Origin: Candidatus Aminicenantes bacterium
Lineage (GTDB): Bacteria; Acidobacteriota; Aminicenantia; Aminicenantales; JAFGAV01
Direction: 5' to 3'
NCBI GenBank assembly: GCA_963705895.1
Contig: OY970122.1
Coordinates: 588,744 to 652,743 of the forward strand
Length of the DNA stretch: 64,000 bases
In this document: positions 37,344 to 45,415 of the stretch, piece by piece
How positions within the stretch are numbered: the first letter of the stretch is position 1
Layout of the letters: each line of letters starts with the position of its first letter
Notes under the pieces: generated by a model
The model's input: the letters and a program-made list of their open reading frames with translations, nothing else
What the model was told of the DNA's origin: nothing
The model's database searches: none
Made by a program: the position numbers and the translations under genes

Positions 37344-37997
37344 ATGAAATCGACTGAGCTCAAAGTCTCTCGTATCGGAAACTCCCGCGGGGTCCGGCTT
37401 CCTGCGGCGTTGTTAAAACGATATCGCATCGGAGCTGCTGTCCTCATGGAGGAGACGAGCGAGGGTATTTTCCTGCGGCCCGTCGGCCCTGTGGTGGAGA
37501 AGCTTTCATGGGAAGATACGGTCCGCGAGATGGCGGCCGGCCGCGAAGACTGGGGCGATTGGGATGCGGTGGACGCGGACGGATTGGAAAATATTCTGTG
37601 GGCAACCGAAGGCGCCGGGAGAATAACGGAAAAGAAAGCCTGGTATCGGTCGGCTCGGCGAATCAAGCAAGAGACCGTTCTGCGTTATGAGATTCGATGG
37701 GTTTCACTGAATCCGACCCAGGGTGCGGAAATGGGGAAGAAACGTCCAGCGGTCATCGTCAGTCTGGACGCGCTCAATGAAAGATTACAGACCGTGACAA
37801 TCTGCCCTCTGACCAGCCGGTTACATCCCTCCTGGCGCTCCAGGTTGCAGGTCCGATGCAATCGACAAGAGGCCGAAATCGCAGTGGACCAGATAAGAAC
37901 TATCGCCAAATCTCGGCTGGGAGCCAAAATCGCCGCGTTGACAGAAGACGAAGCCTCCGCGTTGAGGCGGATTATCACCGAAATGTATGGCGAGTGA
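37344..37997 (+). CDS. fused MazE-like antitoxin (SpoVT/AbrB) and MazF/PemK-like endoribonuclease toxin in a single ORF
   Basis: N-terminal MKSTELKVSRIGNSRGVRLPAALLKRYRIGAAVLMEETSEGIFLRPV... with acidic EDWGDWDAVDADGLENILW tail (MazE/PemI-like). C-terminal ...RYEIRWVSLNPTQGAEMGKKRPAVIVSLDALNERLQTVTICPLTS... (MazF/PemK-like). No stop or canonical internal start between the two halves. Confidence 0.65.
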   Translation: MKSTELKVSRIGNSRGVRLPAALLKRYRIGAAVLMEETSEGIFLRPVGPVVEKLSWEDTVREMAAGREDWGDWDAVDADGLENILWATEGAGRITEKKAWYRSARRIKQETVLRYEIRWVSLNPTQGAEMGKKRPAVIVSLDALNERLQTVTICPLTSRLHPSWRSRLQVRCNRQEAEIAVDQIRTIAKSRLGAKIAALTEDEASALRRIITEMYGE

Positions 37998-38015
37998 CCC
38001 GAAGCCCCGTTCAAA

Positions 38016-38043
38016 ATCTTGACATCTTTACAAACAGAGTGAT
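38016..38043 (+). promoter_or_regulatory. near-consensus sigma70 promoter (TTGACA - 16 nt - TGnGATAAT) upstream of the integrase remnant
   Basis: TTGACA at 38016-38021 and extended -10 TGATAAT at 38036-38043; a TTG start with GGGGGA RBS follows at 38072. Confidence 0.3.
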
Positions 38044-38071
38044 AATCTCCATCTATATTAACGGGGGATAT

Positions 38072-38206
38072 TTGAAGACAAGACAGGAAGTAGTTTTCGT
38101 CGCGGAACAAAAAGCCGCTTATTCCGCCCGGCCTCAAAGGTTGCTCGATCGACTTCGCGAGGCGTTCCGCATCCGACATTATAGCCGCCGTACGGAAGAG
38201 ACCTAA
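38072..38206 (+). pseudogene. tyrosine recombinase / integrase N-terminal fragment (IntI/XerD-like), truncated after about 44 codons
   Basis: (M)KTRQEVVFVAEQKAAYSARPQRLLDRLREAFRIRHYSRRTEET* matches the conserved integrase N-terminus (IntI1: ...[24 protein letters not shown]...). The rest of the recombinase is absent in all frames downstream. Confidence 0.4.
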
Positions 38207-38326
38207 TGACCGATCGGGCACTCGTTTCACAAGCGTCTAATTCATCACATGAAGTCGCATCCGGGTTGTTATATGGATCTATGTAAACATTGTTAGCTCA
38301 ACGTAAACATTAGAGGGAGACTCTCA

Positions 38327-39490
38327 ATGACAAAGAAGACTACGCCAATCGGAAGTGAAACAGCGGCAAAGAGGGCATACCTGAAGCAATCAGATGTGCC
38401 TTCCGCTTCCTTAGAAGAAGCACTTCGAATGCCAGAGGCAATCCTCGATCATTATGCAGGAAAGGCGACTACACCATTACAGGTTGCCAAAGCCTTGAAC
38501 GTGGATCCAAAAGGCTCACAGATTCGTGTTCTTTCGGGGGCCGCAATGGCTTTTGGCCTCATCGAAGGGGGTGCGCAAGCAACTAACATTTCTGTGACCG
38601 ATCTTGCACGACGAATTCTTCGCCCTAAAGAGGAGAATGATGATCTGGCTGCAAAACGAGAGGCAGTTTTGAAACCCAGAGTTTTCGGTGATTTTCTTCG
38701 CCAATATGACGGTAATGCCTTCCCCCGTCGAGAGATCGCATTGAATGTACTCGAAGAAATGGGAGTACCACGTGAGAAGACAGAGGAGGTTCTTGAACGA
38801 ATTGATGCTAGTGCACGCTCCGTAGGCTTTATCGCGGAGATTAGGGGGAAAAATTATGTCACTCTCCAAGGAGCCGCGACTTCCATTACCGCAGATGTAT
38901 CAAGTTCCGAGATAAGTCCAGAACCCGAGCAAGAGAAACTAACCGCACCGGAGATCAAGAGATTGACGATCCCCCCTCCTATCGTACAGCCGAAAGGAGC
39001 TGCACTTACTGCTGCTATCGCAGACGACCAGAGACGCCGCCGGGTGTTCATTACGCACGGTAAAAACAGAGACTTGGTAGAGCCAATTAAAAAACTCTTA
39101 GAGTATGGTGAGCTAGAGCCAGTGGTTTCTGTCGAGAAGTCATCTGTATCCAAACCCGTCCCTGAAAAAGTTCTGGATGACATGAGGGGCTGTGGAGCGG
39201 CAATTATCCACGTAGAGGTGGAGCAAATGATTGTCGACAGGGAGGGGAATGAACATGTTTTATTAAATCCCAATGTCCTAATTGAAATAGGTGCCGCCAT
39301 GGCTTTCTATGGTCGGCGGTTTATTTTATTAGTCCGGGAAGGGGTGAAACTGCCATCGAATCTTCAGGGCCTTTTTGAGGTACGGTACGGTGGCGATACC
39401 TTGGATGCAACTGCTACTATTAAGCTACTCGAAGCTATTAAAGATATCAAGAACTATGATCTCCCCACACAACCAGAGGTTGAGAGCTAA
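38327..39490 (+). CDS. two-domain protein: unknown N-terminal domain + C-terminal TIR-like nucleotide-binding domain (PF10137 / CAP12-like); candidate defence effector
   Basis: AGGGAG RBS. C-terminus RRVFITHGKNRDLVEPIKKLLEYGELEPVV...NPNVLIEIGAAMAFYGRRFILLVREGVKLPSNLQGLFEVRY matches the VFIVHG...LGLEPI...RQNVIFELGYFIGKLGR.RV..L...GVE.PSD..G pattern of the TIR-like family. Markedly lower GC than flanking genes. Confidence 0.55.
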   Translation: MTKKTTPIGSETAAKRAYLKQSDVPSASLEEALRMPEAILDHYAGKATTPLQVAKALNVDPKGSQIRVLSGAAMAFGLIEGGAQATNISVTDLARRILRPKEENDDLAAKREAVLKPRVFGDFLRQYDGNAFPRREIALNVLEEMGVPREKTEEVLERIDASARSVGFIAEIRGKNYVTLQGAATSITADVSSSEISPEPEQEKLTAPEIKRLTIPPPIVQPKGAALTAAIADDQRRRRVFITHGKNRDLVEPIKKLLEYGELEPVVSVEKSSVSKPVPEKVLDDMRGCGAAIIHVEVEQMIVDREGNEHVLLNPNVLIEIGAAMAFYGRRFILLVREGVKLPSNLQGLFEVRYGGDTLDATATIKLLEAIKDIKNYDLPTQPEVES

Positions 39491-39500
39491 CTAATGAATC

Positions 39501-39526
39501 CAGCGGACGGCTTTCAGCCTCCGCTG
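39501..39526 (+). terminator. stem-loop between the TIR-like gene and the next ORF (possible attenuator/terminator)
   Basis: CAGCGGACGGC-TTTCA-GCCTCCGCTG imperfect inverted repeat 10 nt after the stop; no T-tract; followed by a strong RBS (GAGGGAGGAGG) for the next gene. Confidence 0.25.
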
Positions 39527-39557
39527 TTCCGTACGTAATGAGGGAGGAGGCCTTTGC

Positions 39558-40094
39558 ATGAGGCTATGTGCTTTTGGTGGCGTGGTTCTTGCTATGGTCG
39601 CGCTATCGGGGCAAGCGATGGAATCTCCCGCCCAGAGTCCGACGCCTGCTGAGATCAAGGCTGTGGACGCGTTCATAAAAACCCAAGAGCGACTCCGGAG
39701 CACGCAGTACGTCTCGGATAACTTGCTTGAGTTTCGCGAGGGGCGCCAGTATGCGTTTGACGAAGCCGGCGGGAGCGGCAAGACGATACTCGCTGTGCGT
39801 TATACTTTGGAGGAGGGCAACAACTGGACTCTATTCCTCGCAGCCTTTTCAAGGCCGACAATGAAGTGTCAAGCCCACGCACGGGTGGGTGGCAAGGGCT
39901 ATCGCAACGTTGATATTAGCGGGGTTAAGGGCGATATGATCTATTTGAAGATCGAATTGTACTCAACCTACGACGCTCTCTGTTGTCCCAGCGTCCCTGG
40001 CTCAACAATCTACGAACTGACCGACGATTCGCTCGTCGAAAAGGAACTTCGGGTCGACTGCGAGGGTTGGAGGCCGCCAGAGAGGCGAAGATGA
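39558..40094 (+). CDS. hypothetical secreted protein (signal peptide, 4 Cys)
   Basis: MRLCAFGGVVLAMVALSGQA signal peptide; strong RBS; low GC; no recognisable domain. Confidence 0.45.
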   Translation: MRLCAFGGVVLAMVALSGQAMESPAQSPTPAEIKAVDAFIKTQERLRSTQYVSDNLLEFREGRQYAFDEAGGSGKTILAVRYTLEEGNNWTLFLAAFSRPTMKCQAHARVGGKGYRNVDISGVKGDMIYLKIELYSTYDALCCPSVPGSTIYELTDDSLVEKELRVDCEGWRPPERRR

Positions 40095-40266
40095 ACTTTG
40101 GCTCGTCAGGCACTTGTCAAATGCTATGGAAATATTCGAATATTATAAGAAATAATAACCCAGCAAGGATAAAATGACCGGCTAACCAGGCGCAGTATCT
40201 GACCGCAAATCCACGGTGCACCATTGCGCAAGGTGAGCGTGCCGCCGACCGGACAAGAGGAATATC

Positions 40267-41133
40267 ATGATCGACCCAGGGTTGAGCGGAAAAAGCATGT
40301 TAGTGACGGGCGCCAATAACCCGAGAGGGATCGGTGCGGCGACGGGAAGGGCATTCGCCAGGTTGGGGTGTAAGGTTTTTCTCCATTTCTTCCGAGAGCC
40401 TGCTCCGGCCGGCAAACCGCCTGATATTCCCGGCGAGGAGCTATATCACGCGCTGAATGCCCGATCGGCTGAAGATGTTGTTGAGGAAATCAGAAAAGCC
40501 GGAGGGACGGCGCACAGTTGGGAGGCGGACCTTGCGGATCCAAACACCATTCCCCAACTGCTCGACCAAGCCGAACATGCCGTCGGACCCGTCGAAGTTC
40601 TTGTGAACAACGCAGCGCACTGCGTCTGGGATACGTTCCTCCCGAAGGCAGGCAACGTTTATGAAGAGGACTCCGCTTATCAAGCGCTGCCGCTGACGCC
40701 ATCGAGCCACGATGCGCACTTTGCCATCAACAGCCGGGTGCCGGCCCTGCTTATAGCCGAATTTGCCCGGCGTCGCATTGCCTCCGGGGCTGGATGGGGA
40801 CGGATCATCAACATCAGTACCGACGCGTCTTCTTCGCACCCCGGGGCCATCTCGTATGGCGCAAGCAAACACGCGCTCGAGTCTTACTCGCGAGCTGCTG
40901 CGTTGGAGCTGGCACGTTATGGAATCACGGTCAACGTGATCGCGCCGGGCGCCATTCAGACCGGTTGGATTTCGCCGGCGCTTGAGGCACAGTTAGCCAA
41001 ACGTTTTCCTCTCGGTCGCATTGGTCTCCCGGACGATATCGCAGATGTCGTGGTCTTCCTCGCATCAGAGCAAGCGCGCTGGGTCACCGGCCAAACACTT
41101 TATGTTGGGGGCGGCAATGTCATGCCGCTCTAG
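40267..41133 (+). CDS. short-chain dehydrogenase/reductase (SDR) family oxidoreductase
   Basis: TGANNPRGIGAATGRAFARLG (TGxxxGIG Rossmann), NNAA motif VLVNNAAH, catalytic Y..K (ISYGASKHALE), ...IAPGAIQT.... Confidence 0.8.
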   Translation: MIDPGLSGKSMLVTGANNPRGIGAATGRAFARLGCKVFLHFFREPAPAGKPPDIPGEELYHALNARSAEDVVEEIRKAGGTAHSWEADLADPNTIPQLLDQAEHAVGPVEVLVNNAAHCVWDTFLPKAGNVYEEDSAYQALPLTPSSHDAHFAINSRVPALLIAEFARRRIASGAGWGRIINISTDASSSHPGAISYGASKHALESYSRAAALELARYGITVNVIAPGAIQTGWISPALEAQLAKRFPLGRIGLPDDIADVVVFLASEQARWVTGQTLYVGGGNVMPL

Positions 41134-41187
41134 CGCTCGAGGGTTGGCTAGGGGATAGCTGAACTTGACGGCTGCACATATCACATC

Positions 41188-41718
41188 ATGGCTGAAGTTT
41201 GTCGTTATTTGAAAAACATGAACTTGGAATTCACGACAGTGCTTAATCAAGAACGAGGCACTATCGCGGCACTGCTGAAGCGGGCCTACGCCGATTTGGT
41301 TAAGAGCAATCCATTGCTATGGGAACCTGAGCAGGCGAAATGGGATCAATACGATCATGATGTATTTGCGCAGCCGCAGACTATCGGGGCCTGCATATTT
41401 CTTACCTGGCTGGATGGCCGGATAGCCGGGTTTGGATCGTGGGACCCGCGACAGAGGCCTCGCTTCGGCATCGTCGGACACAACTGTATATTGCCGGAGT
41501 ATAGAGGAAAGGGTTTGGGCAAACTGCAAATTCGTGAAATCCTTCGACGCTTTCAAGAAGTGGCGATTAAGACGGCTAAAGCTTCTACCAATGACAGCCC
41601 CTTCTTTGTTCCCGCTCAGCGGATGTATGAGGCGTGCGGATTCCGAGAAATCCGACGTATTCCCTGGCATCGCGATCCAGGACAGAGGATAATCGAATAC
41701 GAGAAGGAAATCGGCTAA
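41188..41718 (+). CDS. GNAT-family N-acetyltransferase
   Basis: ...FGIVGHNCILPEYRGKGLGKLQIREILRRF... acetyl-CoA binding motif (R/Q-x-x-G-x-G/A); alternative start at 41218. Confidence 0.7.
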   Translation: MAEVCRYLKNMNLEFTTVLNQERGTIAALLKRAYADLVKSNPLLWEPEQAKWDQYDHDVFAQPQTIGACIFLTWLDGRIAGFGSWDPRQRPRFGIVGHNCILPEYRGKGLGKLQIREILRRFQEVAIKTAKASTNDSPFFVPAQRMYEACGFREIRRIPWHRDPGQRIIEYEKEIG

Positions 41719-41791
41719 AAAAGAGCTCCAGCGGACATGGACGAGCCGCGCCGCTGAGCTATGACGTTAGATCGCAGGGGAGGTGGGGAGC

Positions 41792-42178
41792 ATGTCAGAC
41801 GAATCAGCTGTGAGAGAAGTCATCGCCAAGATCGCCGCCGCGTGGCGCCTGAAGCAATTCGACGGGCTTGATGAGTGCTTCCATGAAGACGCTGTTATTG
41901 TTGGGCCGGGCTACGTCGAGGTTGGCCGCGGCAGAGCGAAGTGCGCCGAAAGCTACAGAGAGTTCGCAACCAATGCGGCGGTTCTGTCGTATCACGAGTC
42001 TGGGCATACGCTTCGAATATGGGAGACAACGGCAGTTCACACCTTTGCCTGGGAAATGACATACCAACGCGACCAAGGGCCGAAGCATGAGACAGGCACG
42101 GATCAGCTCGTGTTCCAGCTCAACTCAGCCGGTTGGCAGCTCGTGTGGCGTTATATGTATTTCGAACCATCGAGCTGA
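41792..42178 (+). CDS. NTF2/SnoaL-like fold protein (DUF4440-like), hypothetical
   Basis: GGAGGTGGGGA RBS then MSDESAVREVIAKIAAAWRLKQFDGLDECFHEDAVIVGPG... typical of the SnoaL-like/NTF2 superfamily. Confidence 0.55.
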   Translation: MSDESAVREVIAKIAAAWRLKQFDGLDECFHEDAVIVGPGYVEVGRGRAKCAESYREFATNAAVLSYHESGHTLRIWETTAVHTFAWEMTYQRDQGPKHETGTDQLVFQLNSAGWQLVWRYMYFEPSS

Positions 42179-42213
42179 CCGACTAGAGTACGCTCATGTG
42201 ACAAATCACAAGG

Positions 42214-42687
42214 ATGAATTGCATGTATATCTTAATGATCATTCTGCTGATGTTCGTCTTCCCAATAGCTTCCGTTCTCATGGAGACATTCATTTTCAAG
42301 AGCACCATAGGAACCGCACTCTTAATCGGGAAATGGTTTGCTTTTTGGGCTGTCGGTATCAGGCTAGGCTTAGCTGGTCTACGCCAGATTGTTAGTCCCA
42401 AGTTCACGGCCCAACGGATATTTGGAATCAAGAGCGCTGAACCATTGGTCATAGTTCAAGAGTTAGGGTTCGCAAATCTATCGATCGGCATATTGGGAAT
42501 CATCACCATTTTTAATAGCGCTTGGATTACGCCTGCTGCAATCGCCGGCGGCCTCTTTTATGGACTTGCGGGCATAAGGCATCTAACGAGGAAGAGGAAG
42601 AACCTGCTTGAGAACAGCGCCATGCTCTCAGATTTATTAATGTTCATCATTTTGGCCATCTATCTTATAGTCATCATGGCGCATTAA
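42214..42687 (+). CDS. small integral membrane protein (4 TM), hypothetical
   Basis: Very hydrophobic (MYILMIILLMFVFPIASVLMETFIF..., ...LLMFIILAIYLIVIMAH); lowest GC of the island. Confidence 0.45.
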   Translation: MNCMYILMIILLMFVFPIASVLMETFIFKSTIGTALLIGKWFAFWAVGIRLGLAGLRQIVSPKFTAQRIFGIKSAEPLVIVQELGFANLSIGILGIITIFNSAWITPAAIAGGLFYGLAGIRHLTRKRKNLLENSAMLSDLLMFIILAIYLIVIMAH

Positions 42688-42733
42688 TATTCTGCATCCT
42701 AACACCTGTTCCGCTTGAGGCGGGCGCGGCCGA

Positions 42734-44683
42734 TCATAAGGTCTGTTCCTTGCGGATGATGATCTTAAAAGGGGCGCGAACCAGGACCTTGAACTCTTCC
42801 TCAGGAAGATCCTCCACGAAGCAGGACGGGGTGTCGTGGACGATCAAATAGCGATAGGGGTTCTTTTTCAACCAGTCCAGGCCGATCCTCCTGGGCGGGG
42901 GAAAAATGGGATACACGGTCCGCTCAAGCCTATCGCCAAACATTGGATATTCAAAGTCCTCCGGCGTAAGGATGGTCGCCACCTCGGCCTTGGGGGGGAT
43001 CCATTGGGCCAGATCCCGATACAAGAACTTCTCCGGCCAGTTTTTCATGCGGCGCTCGCTCCGCGTATCTTTCCAAATCGCGTGCGGGCCGACGAGGGGC
43101 TTCTGGACATCGGTCAACACGGTTACGGCCAAGACGGTAATGGCCAAAACGATGACGAATCCCCGGATCGGAATGTGGAAGCGGCCGCGATCGAGCAGGC
43201 CGGCCGCGAGGGGGGCGATCAGGGTCATGACCGGGCAATAGAATCGACCGCGGAAAGGCGTCCACGCCTGGCTCCCCCCGAGGACCAGCACGAAGACGAC
43301 AAACGTCAGCGCCGGGACGAAACGAAGGTCTTTTTTGATCACGCCCATGACGAGCCAGTAAAGCACCAACGGCAGAAACACGCAAAACCCGAGGGGCCCA
43401 TAAAAGGAGCCGGCTTCGGTGGGCACGGGCACGGGAGTGGCGAAGACCAAGGGACTGCCCTTTTTGTCCAGTCTTCGATCGCGGGCCGGGATGTGGAGCG
43501 AATGAAAGACCTTGATCCCCTCGAAATTTCTGGCCTGTTCCACGCGGGCGGCGGCCGTTCTGGGCAGGCCCGTAAAATCTACGAAATCAAAAAGGTCCTT
43601 AGCGGCGTTGGTTCGGATCAGGGTCCAGCTCCAGGGCCGTATATTGTGGAGTTCTCTGTGGACGATCTCTGCCCTGCCCAGCGGCTTGCGATAATAGATC
43701 CAGCCCTGGGCGAAATTGAATAGGCCGAGAAGGACGAACCCGCCCAGGCATGCACCCGCCCAAACCATGAGCCGGCGAAAGGGCCGCGGCGAGCGGGCCA
43801 GGGCGAGATAGGAGAGCCCGATCAAGAACCCGGGGAGGAGCATGACGGCCGTGTATTTCATTCCTAGGGCCAGCCCCATGGCCGCGCCCGACAGGACAAG
43901 CATCCCCTCATGTTTCGTTTTGAGCCCGAGAAGAAGGAGATAGGCCATGGCCGCGACCATGGCCGCCGTAGTCAGATCGTTCTGGGTTGTGGTGGACTGA
44001 AGGACGACTATGGGAAGGGTAAGATAGACGAACGAAGCGAAGGCCGCCTGCGGCCGTAACGCTCCGAACACGCGGGCCATCCCGAAAATTGAGGTCATGG
44101 CCGCCAGGGCGGCGGACCATTGGACGAAGCCCGCCAGGAAGTCGCGGTGAAGGAAGACCATACTCCACAGGCAGCCGATCTCAGCGTTGAAGGGGTAGGC
44201 TGTTTGGGGCAGGCAAGGGCTGGGCCACGGAGCCAGGGAGTGGTGCTGGATCCAGAAGGCGACCCGCGCCAGGTGATAGACCATGCTGTCCATGTTGTTG
44301 GGCGGGACCAGGATGTTGATGATCGCGAGCAGAACGCTGGCCAAGCCCACTGACAAACCCAGCGCCCAGAGGTCAGGCCAAGACTTAAAAGAGGCGGCCA
44401 GCTCCGTTCGCCGGGGGAGGATGATACCTGGGTGGGAAGGCCGTCCAACGAAGCGCCAAACAAGAAAAGCGAGGCAGGCCAGAATGGCATGCGCCGCCAG
44501 CATGGCCCAGGGCCCGACAAGGGCCCCGAGGGACAAGACCTCCGCAGCGAAAACAATATCGGTCCAGACGAGGACGAAGAGTGAGACCAGAAAACCGGGC
44601 AGAGTCGGTGGACGGAGGCTCGCGGTCAGAAGATAGGCAAAGGCAATAACGAGGACGACATCGACGGCGTAGGGCATGGCCAT
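42734..44683 (-). CDS. GT39/GT83-type (ArnT/PMT-like) membrane glycosyltransferase
   Basis: N-terminal multi-TM region with ...MDSMVYHLARVAFW... loop and 12+ TM, then a C-terminal soluble domain; high GC again. Confidence 0.6.
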   Translation of the reverse strand: MAMPYAVDVVLVIAFAYLLTASLRPPTLPGFLVSLFVLVWTDIVFAAEVLSLGALVGPWAMLAAHAILACLAFLVWRFVGRPSHPGIILPRRTELAASFKSWPDLWALGLSVGLASVLLAIINILVPPNNMDSMVYHLARVAFWIQHHSLAPWPSPCLPQTAYPFNAEIGCLWSMVFLHRDFLAGFVQWSAALAAMTSIFGMARVFGALRPQAAFASFVYLTLPIVVLQSTTTQNDLTTAAMVAAMAYLLLLGLKTKHEGMLVLSGAAMGLALGMKYTAVMLLPGFLIGLSYLALARSPRPFRRLMVWAGACLGGFVLLGLFNFAQGWIYYRKPLGRAEIVHRELHNIRPWSWTLIRTNAAKDLFDFVDFTGLPRTAAARVEQARNFEGIKVFHSLHIPARDRRLDKKGSPLVFATPVPVPTEAGSFYGPLGFCVFLPLVLYWLVMGVIKKDLRFVPALTFVVFVLVLGGSQAWTPFRGRFYCPVMTLIAPLAAGLLDRGRFHIPIRGFVIVLAITVLAVTVLTDVQKPLVGPHAIWKDTRSERRMKNWPEKFLYRDLAQWIPPKAEVATILTPEDFEYPMFGDRLERTVYPIFPPPRRIGLDWLKKNPYRYLIVHDTPSCFVEDLPEEEFKVLVRAPFKIIIRKEQTL

Positions 44684-45415
44684 GGACGTGCTGTTCTCGA
44701 AAATACTCGAGTCACTCCTGGCCCCCTAGCCACTCTGAAGACAAAACTAAGCTCGAGAAACATCTACTAAAATACCATTCGGCAAATAGGGAGTCAAGCT
44801 CGCTGCGATGTCAACAAATCCTCGGGGCGGCCAAAACGATGTTCTTTGGGCATAAAACCCTCCCGCGCCGGCTGAAAGACGATGGGCTCCCGCTCGCCCT
44901 GATAATGAAATGATTAACAATGGTCAACGTTCTCCTCAGCCGCCATTGACGCAACCCGCTCAAAGACAAGGGAGGGCGGAGGCTTCTCGGCCGGGAGCAT
45001 CATCTTTATTGTTAAATAGCAGGCTTGGGATATGGGGCATCGTCAGAAGCTGAGTTCCGGCTTGAATTGTCGTTCGCCCCGCGGAAAGAAGTGATAAAAC
45101 GAATAGCCTTCCGAGCGGCGTCTTCATAAATCGGACAGCGCCGAAATCTTGCGCCGGAGAAAAAATCCAATTCTGCCCGCGGAACCGCCCCCTTGGGGAA
45201 ACTTAGCAATTTATTAACAACTTCTTAGCAGGATTTTGACAACTCGAATCCCTTGCAGTCCTAAATTAGGAGCGACCAGAATGAAGACCATCAGAGCACG
45301 GCGTTTGACTTTCCGTCCGAAAGAGACTAGGTTTTTATTAAAGAGGGGGAGTTCATTTTCCAAAGCTTTCAAGCCCTATGATTCGATAGGCACATCTCAA
45401 AAACAGGAGGTTTTG

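Noticed and set aside
38207-39560. Integron attI/attC recombination sites (GTTRRRY / RYYYAAC) flanking the TIR-like cassette
   Set aside because: The hairpin after the gene lacks attC core sites, and no convincing GTTRRRY core at the junctions. The integrase similarity is to the general tyrosine-recombinase N-terminus, not specific to IntI.
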